A stretch of DNA of 64,000 nt. Source: Alphaproteobacteria bacterium. GTDB lineage: Bacteria > Pseudomonadota > Alphaproteobacteria > MPNO01 > UBA830. The stretch spans positions 4,032,001-4,096,000 of the forward strand of contig OZ251539.1 of NCBI GenBank assembly GCA_965243135.1. Reading direction: 5' to 3'. The position numbers were made by a program, and so were the translations under genes. This document shows positions 29,761-40,042 of this stretch, piece after piece (the first letter of the stretch is position 1; each line of letters opens with the position of its first letter). The notes beneath the pieces were generated by a model. It was not told the origin of the DNA. It ran no database searches and saw only the letters and a program-made list of their open reading frames with translations.

Positions 29761-30344
29761 CCGGAGTGGAGAACACGCTGCGGCGACCCGGAGCGTGGCT
29801 GTGCAAGGATATGCACAGGTTTTCCGTGGATTTTAATCAAAATATTTGAGGATCCTCCTCGGCGAGCATGCCGGACAAGCTCCGAGGGGGATGTGTCTTC
29901 CGGTGCCGCCCAAATGGAAGACACGATCAGCGTCCCACGGTTTCCTGTCGCCCCCGCAACTTGGGCTTGTATGGATGTTCTGCAAGCGTTTTTCAGCATG
30001 CGACGCACGCGGACTCTTCCGGTCGAGGATGCTGAAGCCTCGCGGCGGGACCGGAAGCGGATCCTGAACAGGTAGGTCGCCACGCGACCGAACGCTTACC
30101 TATCGCCGCCTGCCTTTGTCCATTTGCCTTGCCGGCTCGCGAGGCGGCCTTCGCTCCTCGAGCTTCGAATTGGCAACGAACGTGACGACGCCTCTGAACG
30201 CGGGCGAACGCCGACCCGGCGTTTTTCCAAGGCGTCTCCGGCCAACTCCTCCGAAGCGCCCCAACCGCAGGCGAAAGCGCTGGAACGCAGGGAGCATGAT
30301 CGGTTAAACTGCGGCACGGGCACGGACACCATAGGGATCGATCC

Positions 30345-32510
30345 ATGACGGAACGCATCGCGAAGGGAACGCTGCGGATCGCGAAACCGCTCTTCGATTT
30401 CGTCAACGACGAAGCGCTTCCCGGCTCCGGGATCGACCCCGAGGGATTCTGGAAATCCTTCGAAGCGATCCTGACCGACCTCGCGCCGAAAAACCGCGCC
30501 CTTCTCGCCCGCCGGGACGAACTCCAGGCCAGGATCGACGCATGGCACGGGGAACGGCGCGAACCGGATCCCGAAGCGTACAAGGCGTTCCTCGCCGAAA
30601 TCGGATACCTGGTGCCGGAAGGCGGCGACTTCGCCATCGAAACCGTCGGCGTCGACCCGGAAATCCGCGCCGTTCCGGGCCCCCAACTCGTCGTGCCCCT
30701 CACCAACGCGCGCTACGCGCTCAACGCCGCCAACGCCCGCTGGGGCAGCCTCTACGACGCGCTGTACGGCACCGACGCCATCCCCGAGGACGGCGGCACC
30801 GAGCGCGGCGGCGCCTACAACCCGGTTCGCGGAGCGCGCGTCATCGCCTTCGCCCGCCGGTTCCTCGACGAAGCGGCGCCGCTCGCCGCCGGCTCCCACG
30901 CCGACGCGACGGCTTACGCGGTCCGCGAGGGCCGGCTCGAGGTCGCCCTGCGCGGCGGCGGCGCGACCAGGCCGGCGGACGCCGCGCGCTTCGCCGGCTT
31001 CGCGGGAGACCCGGCGCGCCCGTCGTCGGTGCTCTTCGTCAATCACGGCCTGCATTTCGAGATCCGGATCGACCGCGAGCATCCGGTCGGACGGGACGAC
31101 GATGCGGGCATCGCAGACATCGTCGTGGAAGCGGCCGTGACGACGATCATAGACTGCGAGGATTCCGTCGCTACGGTCGATGCGGAAGACAAGGTCGCCG
31201 CCTATCGCAACTGGCTCGGATTGATGCGCGGCGGCCTGACCGCAAGCTTCGAGAAAGGCGGTCGCGCCGTGCAGCGCCGCCTCGCCACGGACCGGGTTTT
31301 CGTCGCGCCCGGCGGCGGCGAACTCCGCCTGCCGGGCCGCAGCCTGATGCTCGTTCGCAACGTCGGCCACCTCATGACCATGGACGCGATCCTCGATGCC
31401 GACGGCAACGAGACGCCGGAAGGCATCCTCGACGGCGTCGTGACCTCGCTCGCCGCCCTGCACGACGGCAAGGGACCGTATCGGAACTCCCGCGCGGGGT
31501 CGGTGTACATCGTCAAGCCGAAGATGCACGGCCCGGAAGAGGTGGCGTTCGCCTGCGAGCTGTTCGAGCGGATCGAGGACGCGCTCGGCCTCGCCCGGAA
31601 CGCGGTCAAGATGGGCATCATGGACGAGGAACGGCGGACCACCGTCAATCTCAAGGAATGCATCCGGGCCGCCCGCGAGCGCGTGGTGTTCATCAATACC
31701 GGCTTCCTCGACCGCACGGGCGACGAAATGCGCACTTCGATGGAAGCGGGACCCATGATCCGCAAGGGCGACATGAAAACGGCGCCCTGGATCAAGTCCT
31801 ACGAGGACTGGAACGTCGATGTCGGACTGGCCTGCGGATTCGCCGGCCGCGCGCAGATCGGCAAGGGAATGTGGGCGATGCCGGATCTGATGGCCGACAT
31901 GCTGGAGCAGAAAATCGGACACCCCGCTGCCGGCGCCAACACGGCCTGGGTGCCGTCCCCGACGGCCGCCACGCTTCATGCCGTTCACTACCACAAGGTC
32001 GACGTGTTCGCGCGGCAGGAAGAATTGAAGTCGCGCGAACGGGCGAGCCTCGACGACATCCTGACCCTGCCGGTGGCCGACCGGCCCGACTGGTCGCCGG
32101 AAGACGTCCGGCGCGAACTCGACAACAACGCCCAGGGAATCCTCGGCTACGTCGTACGCTGGGTGGAGCAGGGAATCGGCTGCTCCAAGGTGCCCGACAT
32201 CAACGACGTCGGGCTGATGGAGGACCGGGCGACGCTGCGGATCTCCAGCCAGCACATCGCCAACTGGCTGCATCATGGCGTCTGCACCGAAGAACAGGTC
32301 CGCGAAACGCTGGAACGGATGGCGGCCGTGGTCGACCGGCAGAACGCGAACGACCCGGACTATCGCCCCATGTCGCCCGACTTCGCGAACAGCGTCGCGT
32401 TCCAGGCGGCCTGCGACCTTGTCTTCCGGGGGCGCGAGCAGCCGAACGGCTATACCGAGCCGGTGCTGCATCGGCGGCGCATCGAGGCCAAGGCGGCGCA
32501 TGCCCGCTGA
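30345..32510 (+). CDS. glcB: Malate synthase G
   Basis: [63 protein letters not shown]; 721 aa. Confidence 0.98.
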   Translation: MTERIAKGTLRIAKPLFDFVNDEALPGSGIDPEGFWKSFEAILTDLAPKNRALLARRDELQARIDAWHGERREPDPEAYKAFLAEIGYLVPEGGDFAIETVGVDPEIRAVPGPQLVVPLTNARYALNAANARWGSLYDALYGTDAIPEDGGTERGGAYNPVRGARVIAFARRFLDEAAPLAAGSHADATAYAVREGRLEVALRGGGATRPADAARFAGFAGDPARPSSVLFVNHGLHFEIRIDREHPVGRDDDAGIADIVVEAAVTTIIDCEDSVATVDAEDKVAAYRNWLGLMRGGLTASFEKGGRAVQRRLATDRVFVAPGGGELRLPGRSLMLVRNVGHLMTMDAILDADGNETPEGILDGVVTSLAALHDGKGPYRNSRAGSVYIVKPKMHGPEEVAFACELFERIEDALGLARNAVKMGIMDEERRTTVNLKECIRAARERVVFINTGFLDRTGDEMRTSMEAGPMIRKGDMKTAPWIKSYEDWNVDVGLACGFAGRAQIGKGMWAMPDLMADMLEQKIGHPAAGANTAWVPSPTAATLHAVHYHKVDVFARQEELKSRERASLDDILTLPVADRPDWSPEDVRRELDNNAQGILGYVVRWVEQGIGCSKVPDINDVGLMEDRATLRISSQHIANWLHHGVCTEEQVRETLERMAAVVDRQNANDPDYRPMSPDFANSVAFQAACDLVFRGREQPNGYTEPVLHRRRIEAKAAHAR

Positions 32511-32523
32511 CGCCGGAGGACCT

Positions 32524-34059
32524 GTGAAGAACGGCGACATGACCATCCGGCGAATGCTGGAACGCGGCGTGGACGGCGATCCGGCGATCGGCGCTCCGGG
32601 CAGGCCGCCGCTCGATTTCGCCGGCCTGCGGGCGCTGGCCGACGCGACGGTCGCCCGGCTGAACGCGCTCGGCGTGGGGCGCGAGGACCGCGTGGCGATC
32701 GTTCTTCCCAACGGCCCCGAAATGGCCGCCGCCTTCGTGGCGACCGGCTGCGGCTGCGCCACCGCGCCGCTCAATCCCGCCTACCGCGAGGATGAATTCG
32801 ATTTCTATCTCGGCGACCTGAACGCCCGTGCGCTGATCGTCGAGCAAGGGACGGAATCCGCCGCCGCGGCCGTCGCGGCGCGGCGCGGCCTGCCCGTGCT
32901 TCGCCTCGTCTCGGCGGCCGGCGAACCGGCGGGACGGTTCGTCCTCGAAGGAGAAGGCGCCGGCGCTCCGACCGCCCGCGGCGGAACCGCCGCGGCGGAC
33001 GATATCGCCCTCGTGCTGCACACGTCGGGAACCACTTCGCGGCCGAAGATCGTCCCTCTGACGCAGCGCAACCTCTCCGCTTCGGCGCGGAACGTCGGCG
33101 AAACGCTCGCCCTCGTCCCCGGCGACAGATGCATGAACGTCATGCCGCTCTTCCACATCCACGGCCTCGTCGCCGCTGTTCTTTCGTCGCTGGCCGCCGG
33201 AGCCAGCGTTCACTGCGCGCCGGGGTTCAACGCGCTTCGGGTCTTCGGCTGGATGGACGAAATCGCGCCGACCTGGTACACGGCCGTGCCCACGATGCAT
33301 CAGGCGATTCTCGCGCGCAGCGCCCGCAATCCCGAAAGCGTCGCGCAGGCGCGGCGCAGCCTCCGCCTGATCAGGTCGTCCTCTGCGTCCCTGCCGCCGC
33401 AGGTCATGGCGGAACTGGAGGAAGCCTTCGACGCGCCGGTCGTCGAATCGTACGGCATGACGGAAGCGGCGCACCAGATGGCGTCGAATCCGCTGCCGCC
33501 CGCCCGGCGCAAGCCGGGTTCGGTCGGGCTGGCGGCGGGTCCCGAGATCGCGATCGCCCGCGAAACCGAAAACGCGCTTCTGGATCCCGCCGAAACCGGC
33601 GAAATCGTGATCCGCGGCGCCAACGTGACTCCGGGTTACGAGAACAACCCCGAAGCCAATGCCGCCGCCTTCTTCGACGGATGGTTCCGCACGGGGGATC
33701 AGGGCCGTATGGACGAAGACGGCTATCTGGCGATCACCGGACGCCTCAAGGAGATCATCAATCGCGGCGGCGAGAAAATTTCCCCCCGCGAGGTGGACGA
33801 GACGCTCATGGATCACCCGGCGGTCGCCCAGGCGGTAACCTTCGCCGTGCCGCACGACAGGCTCGGCGAAGAAGTCGCCGCGGCGATCGTCCTGCGCGAA
33901 GGATCGTCCGCGCAGGAAAGCGAACTGCGCGAATTCGCCGCCGGACGCCTTGCGGACTTCAAGGTGCCGCGCACGGTGGTGATCGTCAACGAGATCCCGA
34001 AAGGGCCGACCGGCAAGCTGCAGCGCATCGCGCTGGCGGACAAGCTCGGTCTCGCCTGA
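32524..34059 (+). CDS. Acyl-CoA synthetase, probable oxalate--CoA ligase type
   Basis: LHTSGTTSRPKIVPL, MPLFHIHGL, YTAVPTMHQ, SYGMTEAAHQMASNPLPP, INRGGEKISP, IPKGPTGKLQR; GTG start after GGAGG. Confidence 0.85.
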   Translation: MKNGDMTIRRMLERGVDGDPAIGAPGRPPLDFAGLRALADATVARLNALGVGREDRVAIVLPNGPEMAAAFVATGCGCATAPLNPAYREDEFDFYLGDLNARALIVEQGTESAAAAVAARRGLPVLRLVSAAGEPAGRFVLEGEGAGAPTARGGTAAADDIALVLHTSGTTSRPKIVPLTQRNLSASARNVGETLALVPGDRCMNVMPLFHIHGLVAAVLSSLAAGASVHCAPGFNALRVFGWMDEIAPTWYTAVPTMHQAILARSARNPESVAQARRSLRLIRSSSASLPPQVMAELEEAFDAPVVESYGMTEAAHQMASNPLPPARRKPGSVGLAAGPEIAIARETENALLDPAETGEIVIRGANVTPGYENNPEANAAAFFDGWFRTGDQGRMDEDGYLAITGRLKEIINRGGEKISPREVDETLMDHPAVAQAVTFAVPHDRLGEEVAAAIVLREGSSAQESELREFAAGRLADFKVPRTVVIVNEIPKGPTGKLQRIALADKLGLA

Positions 34060-34065
34060 GCCGGC

Positions 34066-35046
34066 ATGCGAATCTGCATCTACGGAGCCGGCGCCATCGG
34101 CGGCTGCCTCGGCGCCGAACTGGCGCTCGACGGAGCCGACGTCACCTTGATCGCCCGCGGTCCCCATCTCGCGGCGATGCGGGAGAAAGGCCTCGTGCTG
34201 ATCCGGGACGGCGCGCCGCGAACGGCGAAGGTGCGCGCCGTCGAGGACCCCGCGGCGGCGGGGCCGCAGGATTTCGTCGTCGTCACCCTGAAAGCGCACT
34301 CCGTGCCGCCCGTGGCCGACCGCTTCGCGGCGCTGTTCCACGACCGGACCGCGGTCGTGTGGGGCGTCAACGGCATCCCCTGGTGGTACTTCCACGGCAT
34401 GGACGGCGACCGCGAAGGTCGGAGGATCGACTGCCTCGACCCCGGCGGCGTCCTGTGGAACGGAATCGGCCCCGACCGGGCGATCGGCTGCGTCGTCTAC
34501 CCCGCGGCGGAAGTCGTCGAACCCGGCGTCGTCCGGCACGTCGAAGGCGATCGGTTCTCGCTCGGCGAACCGTCGGGCGAGCGCACCGAACGGGTGCAGA
34601 ATCTGTCGAGCGCTCTGATTTCGGCGGGTTTCAAGGCGCCGATACGCCCGCAGATCCGCAACGAGATTTGGGTGAAGCTGTGGGGCAACCTCTCCTTCAA
34701 CCCCGTCAGCGCGCTCACCTGCGCCACCCTCGAGACGATCGGTTCCGACCGCGGCACCCGCGAAGTCGTGCGCCGCATGATGCTCGAAGGCCAGGCCGTC
34801 GGCGAAGCGCTCGGAGTCCGCTTCCCGATCGACGTCGACCGGCGCATCGAAGGCGCGGTCCAGGTCGGAGCCCATCGGACGTCCATGCTTCAGGATCTCG
34901 AACGCGGACGTCCCATGGAAATCGACGCCCTCGTCGGAGCGGTCCAGGAACTGGGCCGCATGGCGAAGGTCGAAACCCCCTGCATCGACGCCGTTCTCGC
35001 CCTGGTCAAGCAGCGCGCGCGCGAAGCGGGCTGCTACGACGGTTAG
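34066..35046 (+). CDS. 2-dehydropantoate 2-reductase family protein (PanE2/oxalyl-CoA reductase-like)
   Basis: IYGAGAIGG, NGIPWWYF, IGCVVYPA, IWVKLWGNLSFNP, HRTSMLQDLERGRPMEIDAL. Confidence 0.88.
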   Translation: MRICIYGAGAIGGCLGAELALDGADVTLIARGPHLAAMREKGLVLIRDGAPRTAKVRAVEDPAAAGPQDFVVVTLKAHSVPPVADRFAALFHDRTAVVWGVNGIPWWYFHGMDGDREGRRIDCLDPGGVLWNGIGPDRAIGCVVYPAAEVVEPGVVRHVEGDRFSLGEPSGERTERVQNLSSALISAGFKAPIRPQIRNEIWVKLWGNLSFNPVSALTCATLETIGSDRGTREVVRRMMLEGQAVGEALGVRFPIDVDRRIEGAVQVGAHRTSMLQDLERGRPMEIDALVGAVQELGRMAKVETPCIDAVLALVKQRAREAGCYDG

Positions 35047-35061
35047 CGGCGCCGGCCGAAC

Positions 35062-35865
35062 GTGCCTGCCGACCTCGCTCCGGATCTGCCGGACGGCGCC
35101 GTTCGAATCGATGTCGGCGGCTGCCGTCTGTTCGGCGCGTGGAGCAGGCCGCCGCTTCCCGGCCGAACGACTCTGGTCTTTCTCCACGACGGCCTCGGCA
35201 GCGTGGAGACGCTGCGGCAACTGCCTTCGCGGCTGGCGGACGCGCTGAGCCTGCCCGCGTTCGCCTACGATCGCCCCGGTTACGGCCGTTCGGATCCGGT
35301 GGAGCGATTCTCGGCGGACTTCATGAGCGAGGCCGCCGACCAGCTCGAACTCGTGCTCGAAGCGGCCGGAATCGAGGACTGCTGTCTCGTCGGGCACTCC
35401 GACGGCGGCACCGTGGCGCTGCTGCACGGCGCGCGTTACCGGGGACGGGTTCGCGCCATCGTCTCCATCGCCGCCCATGTCCGGCGGGATCGGCTGACGC
35501 TCGGCCAGGTTCGTCGGCACCTCGAAATGGTCGACGACGTGCCCGACTGGATGACGCGCTTCCACGGCGCGCGGGCGGCGCATCTCCTGCGCATCTGGGC
35601 GGAGGCATGGCTGCAATGCGGAGACTGGAACATCTGCGACGAAATCGCCGCCGTCGAAGCGCCGCTGCTCGCCCTGCAGGGCGAGAATGACGCCTACGGG
35701 TTGCCGGACCAGCTCGAGGATATCGGGCGCTTCGTCCGTCACGCGGAAACCGAATTGCTGGAAGGCGCGGGACATTTCCCACACCTCGAGGACCCCGAGC
35801 GCATCGTGCGGCGCGTGCGCCGTTTTCTCGATCCCTACGCCGGCCGGCCCGCCGTCTCCCCGTAA
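35062..35865 (+). CDS. Alpha/beta hydrolase
   Basis: FLHDGLGS, YDRPGYGRS, GHSDGG nucleophile elbow, GHFPH. Confidence 0.9.
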   Translation: MPADLAPDLPDGAVRIDVGGCRLFGAWSRPPLPGRTTLVFLHDGLGSVETLRQLPSRLADALSLPAFAYDRPGYGRSDPVERFSADFMSEAADQLELVLEAAGIEDCCLVGHSDGGTVALLHGARYRGRVRAIVSIAAHVRRDRLTLGQVRRHLEMVDDVPDWMTRFHGARAAHLLRIWAEAWLQCGDWNICDEIAAVEAPLLALQGENDAYGLPDQLEDIGRFVRHAETELLEGAGHFPHLEDPERIVRRVRRFLDPYAGRPAVSP

Positions 35866-36308
35866 GGCCTCTGTCCCGGACGCGGCGACGGCCCGGTCGC
35901 CGCGAACCGGAGAGAGGGAACGTTTCGGAGAGCCGTCACCTTCGCCTGGCGGCCGCCCGCCGTCGCGGGACCGCGTTGCGGCCCGGAAATCTTCGAGCGG
36001 TCCGGCCGCGCTTGAACCGCCGCGGCTCGCTCGCGACGGCGGCGCGGTCGCCCCGGAAAAAGATCGGCGGCGGCCTTTTCTGGCCGAACGGACCGCGACG
36101 ACGATCCGTCGCCCTGGAGGGAATCGCCGCGGCGCCGACGCCTCGCCCGTAAATCGCGGCGTTGCCGGTCGGCGAAGCCCTCGAATTGAAATTGATCTAT
36201 CTTGATGACGTTCGCCCCGCGCCATTGCCCGGGTTTGGAGCGGTTGCGAACGACGCGAAGGCCCCGGAGACGCTTCCGGGCATATCCTCCGCCGACAGGG
36301 AGGCTGCG

Positions 36309-37166
36309 ATGTTCCGAAGGCTCGGTTCGCGTCAGGCGTTTCTGGTCGGCGCCGTGGTCTCCATGGCGCTCGCCGCCGGCGGCGCATGGCAGTTCGAGCG
36401 CTCGCCCCTGGCGCTGCTGAACGCGCTTCTGCCGGTCTGGATAGGAATCGCCGCCGTTTTCTGGGCGCTGTGGCGCATCGTTCTTCGACCGGCCGGAACG
36501 AACCTTCCGCCGCGGCCTCTCACCGCGGATTTCGAGCCTTTGCGGCTCGACATGCGCTATGCCGACCTGTCGGCTCTGCCCCTCGAAGCGCTGACATTCG
36601 TCGTGGCCGATACGGAGACCACGGGCCTGCGCCCGGACAGCGACCGGATCGTGCAGATCGGGGCCGTCCGCATCGAAAACGGCAAGCTTTTGCAAGGCGA
36701 TTCGTTCGAACGCCTCGTCAATCCCGGACGGCCGATTCCTGCCGCCTCGATCCGTTTCCACGGCATTACCGACGACATGGTCGCTCAAGCGCCCGCCATC
36801 GACGAAATCCTGCAGGAGTTCCTCGAGTATGCGGGAGACGCCGTGCTCGTCGGCCACAACATCGCCTTCGACATCGCTTTCATGAACCGGATCAGGCGGA
36901 TCGAGAACCCGATGCTGGACACCATGCTGCTTTCGATCGGCGCTTTCCGGAACAAGCAGGACCACACGCTCGACTCCCTGGCCAGGCAGTTCGACGAGGA
37001 AGTCCGGGATCGCCATACGGCTCTAGGCGACGCGGAACTGACCGCCCGCGTCTTTCTGCGGATGTGGCCGGACCTCCGGCGCAGCGGAGTGCGGCGGTTC
37101 GGCGACGCGCAGGATCTGTGCGCCGATTCCGCCCTGCGCGTCGGCGCCATGCGGCCTTACGCGTAG
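36309..37166 (+). CDS. DEDDh 3'-5' exonuclease (DnaQ-like) with two N-terminal hydrophobic helices
   Basis: VADTETTGL, LVGHNIAFD, RHTALGDA. Confidence 0.88.
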   Translation: MFRRLGSRQAFLVGAVVSMALAAGGAWQFERSPLALLNALLPVWIGIAAVFWALWRIVLRPAGTNLPPRPLTADFEPLRLDMRYADLSALPLEALTFVVADTETTGLRPDSDRIVQIGAVRIENGKLLQGDSFERLVNPGRPIPAASIRFHGITDDMVAQAPAIDEILQEFLEYAGDAVLVGHNIAFDIAFMNRIRRIENPMLDTMLLSIGAFRNKQDHTLDSLARQFDEEVRDRHTALGDAELTARVFLRMWPDLRRSGVRRFGDAQDLCADSALRVGAMRPYA

Positions 37167-37175
37167 GAAGGAACG

Positions 37176-38606
37176 TCAGAAGATGTCGCCGGTGAAGTCC
37201 GCGCGCACGCGGTCGCACAGGGTATCGATCGTCCGGAAAGCGACGCGAAGATCCCGCCTCTCGACGCGGCGCAGCTTCGCCGGCGCCACGTAGTTCGTCG
37301 CCGGCGTCCCGGCTTCGAAGCTCGCGATCTGCGACCGCAGAAGCAACCGGCAAACGGTGTCGAAAGCGTCGGCGATTTCCGCCCGTTCGTCCGCATCGAG
37401 CACGCCCGCTTCCCCGAGCGCCTGAATTCGCGCCAGAGTGGATACGGAGGGAATCCCCGCCTTGAGCGCCAGGAGCCTTATCGCCGCCACCACGGGTTGC
37501 GTGCCGCAGCGCTTGAGGTGGATCAGGCCGCGCTCGGCGCGGAACCGGCCGAACAGTCCGAGGGCCGAACGCATCCCTTCGCGCTGCGCGAGCATGTCTC
37601 TCAGAAACAGGTGATTCTCGGGCATCGCGGCGGTGACGAGGCTGCGAAGCGGCCGCGCCAGATCGGCATTCCCCGCCACCGGCGCGAAGTCGAAGAAGAT
37701 GTCGGACAGCAGCACCGCCGCGGCGCTCCGGCGCCGCATCCAGATGCCGATTTGTTCGCGCCACTGCGTCTGGGTCTTGCGCCATAACGGGTTGGTCGCC
37801 ATCACGTTGCCCTTGCAGAAGGGAAAGCCGACCGCGTTCATTCTCGCCGTCAGACGTTCGGCGAAATCGATGAACCATGCGTCCATTCGCGGATGGTCGG
37901 CGTCCGCATAGTCGGCGATGACGAGGCCGTTGTCCTGGTCGGGCGCGAGGAAGTTCTCCTCGCGGCCTCCCGACCCCATGACGATCAACGCGAATTCGGC
38001 GGGCGGCTCGCCCGTCGTTTCGCGCAGGATGCCGTCCGCGACGCGGCGGTAAACGTCGTTGTTGACGTGGGTGATCAAGGCGAGGACATCGGCGACGGGC
38101 GAACCGTCGGCGAGCAGGTCCGCGGCTATCTCCGCCTCCGCCGCCTTGACCGAGGCGAGCGCGGTTTCGCTTCCGCCTTCCGAAAGCCGGTCGATGCGTT
38201 CCATCAGGTCGTCGGACAGGACGGCTGTCGCCCGGTCGAGATGAAGCATGCCCGCGAGTCGGCCGGCGGCATCGACGACCGGAAGGTGGCGGAGGGCCAT
38301 CCGGCGCATCGTCGCGATGGCGCGGTAGAGATATTCCGTTTCCTCCACGGAGACGACGGGCGACGTCATCGCCGCCGAAACCGGTTCCGTGCCGTCGAGC
38401 CTGAAAGCGACGCGGCGCGCGACGTCCGCCTCGGTAAGGATGCCGGCTGGACGGCCGCCGTCGTCGACCAGCACGATGCCCGACTCGCGCGCTTTCGAGA
38501 GGCGGCGGACGGCGTCGGAAACCGCGACGTCGCAGGCCGCGGTCGGCGGCGGGCCGACCAGCGTGTCGCGCACGCGGCGGCGGAAAATTTCCGTCTGCGC
38601 GCCCAT
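37176..38606 (-). CDS. CBS-domain + DUF294 putative nucleotidyltransferase
   Basis: GILTEADV, RHLPVVD, MGSGGREENFLAPDQDNGL, CKGNVMATNP, IFFDF. Confidence 0.9.
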   Translation of the reverse strand: MGAQTEIFRRRVRDTLVGPPPTAACDVAVSDAVRRLSKARESGIVLVDDGGRPAGILTEADVARRVAFRLDGTEPVSAAMTSPVVSVEETEYLYRAIATMRRMALRHLPVVDAAGRLAGMLHLDRATAVLSDDLMERIDRLSEGGSETALASVKAAEAEIAADLLADGSPVADVLALITHVNNDVYRRVADGILRETTGEPPAEFALIVMGSGGREENFLAPDQDNGLVIADYADADHPRMDAWFIDFAERLTARMNAVGFPFCKGNVMATNPLWRKTQTQWREQIGIWMRRRSAAAVLLSDIFFDFAPVAGNADLARPLRSLVTAAMPENHLFLRDMLAQREGMRSALGLFGRFRAERGLIHLKRCGTQPVVAAIRLLALKAGIPSVSTLARIQALGEAGVLDADERAEIADAFDTVCRLLLRSQIASFEAGTPATNYVAPAKLRRVERRDLRVAFRTIDTLCDRVRADFTGDIF

Positions 38607-38952
38607 CGGCCAAGCCCCGTCCGTCTTCCGGGCGCCAAGAAAGACCTCTACGGCGAAAAAATCAACGGCCCGTTCCGGGTTCCTTTTTCCGGAAACTTTT
38701 GCGCCGCGCCTTTCATTTTTTCGGCCGCCCGTCCGGCGGCGGCGGCCCGGAGCAGCGCGCAGTTCCGCGACCCCCCGTTTCGCGGCGGCGAATTCATGGC
38801 AAGAACGGGCAACTTCCTCGCGCCTTGGGGAGGCGCGGCGTCCGGCAATCTTTGCCGCGAGGGACGGCCGGCGGGCGAACCGGAACGCGACGACGCGCAG
38901 GCATCGCCTCGACGTTGCGCCCCGCCGGGCCGCCGGGCTATATTCGATCGAC

Positions 38953-39029
38953 GGCCCCGTAGCTCAGCAGGATAGAGCGGCGGATTCCTAATCCGTAGGT
39001 CGGGGGTTCGAATCCCTCCGGGGTCGCCA
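38953..39029 (+). tRNA. tRNA-Arg (anticodon CCT)
   Basis: GGCCCCG acceptor stem, D arm AGCTCAGCAGGATAGAGC, anticodon arm GCGGA-TTCCTAA-TCCGT, GGTTCGAATCC, encoded CCA. Confidence 0.97.
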
Positions 39030-39113
39030 CGCGCCGCAGGCTCTCCGAGCGAACCGCAGCCGACAAAATGGCACACGCCTCTACGTCACTGCTTTCCGTC
39101 CGCAGAGGAAACG

Positions 39114-39455
39114 TCACGCAGCGCGACTTCCCGCTCGGCGGCGCACCGTACGCTCGGCGACGTCCAGATCGTAACGGGTCTGAAGGTTGATCCAGAACTC
39201 CGGCGTCGTTCCGAAATAGCGCCCCAGGCGCAGCGCGGTGTCGGTCGCGACGGCGCGGCGTCCGAGCGCGACGGCGTTCAATCGCGAACGCGAAAGCCCG
39301 ATCTCGCGGGCAAGCCGGTACACGCTGAGTTCCATCGGCTTCAGGAATTCGTCACGCAGGATCTCGCCGGGGTGCACCGGCGGCAGCCGCCGCCCCGAAG
39401 TCACGTCCGAGAAGTCGACCTTTCGGCGGTCCACGTCTTCGCGTTCGATGGTCAT
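39114..39455 (-). CDS. higA: HigA-family antitoxin
   Basis: PPVHPGEILRDEFL..LSVYRLA..DTALRLGRYFGTTPEFWINLQ. Confidence 0.9.
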   Translation of the reverse strand: MTIEREDVDRRKVDFSDVTSGRRLPPVHPGEILRDEFLKPMELSVYRLAREIGLSRSRLNAVALGRRAVATDTALRLGRYFGTTPEFWINLQTRYDLDVAERTVRRRAGSRAA

Positions 39456-39473
39456 GGCCGCTTCATCTCCTCG

Positions 39474-39660
39474 ATGGCAGTCGACGATCTCCGCCTCCCG
39501 CGCGTCGCCAGCGCGCCAGACGAAAACGCCGTTGCTCGTTGACGCGAACGCTACACCGCCCTCGGCGGCCGCGCCGGACCGAAGGCGGCAGCGCGGCCGC
39601 GGAACGATGGGCAATGCCGCTCGCGTCTTCCGCCGACGGCACGTTCTCTCGATGACGGAG
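39474..39660 (-). pseudogene. HigB toxin remnant
   Basis: GRCSVRVNEQRR / FVWRAGDAREAEIVDCH resembles the HigB C-terminus (SIRINDQWRICF.W..GDA..VEIVDYH); upstream of higA. Confidence 0.65.
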
Positions 39661-39782
39661 CATATATCACACTCATATTGAGCTACGAGACTGTCGTGAA
39701 GTTTTCCGTCAATCATGCCGCTCGAGGTCTTGGCGGCTTCCGGCAAGATGGCGTCTCGAGATCGCTTCCCCGCCTCCGGACC

Positions 39783-39882
39783 GCGGCCGTCGCCGACCCG
39801 GACGGCGGAGGCCTTGACGGTATCATGGGCGAGGCGAGCGTAGCGGACGGTGGTCTGAACCTGGGCGCGGCCGAGGCAGCTT
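39783..39882 (-). pseudogene. C-terminal fragment of a tyrosine integrase
   Basis: LGRAQVQTTVRYARLAHDTVKASAVRVGD, matching the LGH..T..YAHL end of integrases such as those at 5.3-7.6 kb. Confidence 0.65.
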
Positions 39883-40042
39883 CATCGGCAGCCCGTCATC
39901 CTTCCGCGCTTAACTCTGCATCTCCGACGGCGCGATGCGCAGCGGGTTTCAACTTGACGTTCAGAGTCGTTCGTTTCCATGGAGTGGCCGGCGTTTGGTG
40001 GGCCGGAAGCCGACAGGGACATCCGTTCCTGCCTGCGCCGCC

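Noticed and set aside
29757-30083. Possible IS200/Y1 transposase remnant (AAPEDTSPSELVRH..GSS)
   Set aside because: Resemblance is limited to one short motif; no HUH or catalytic Tyr recognisable; needs a translated search
32200-36387. Very long ORFs in the track (1395 aa here; also 45642-49169, 3096-5300, 30096-32774 and the 5' part of 24271-27201)
   Set aside because: Antisense or off-frame shadows of real high-GC genes; Arg/Ala/Pro-rich with no recognisable motifs
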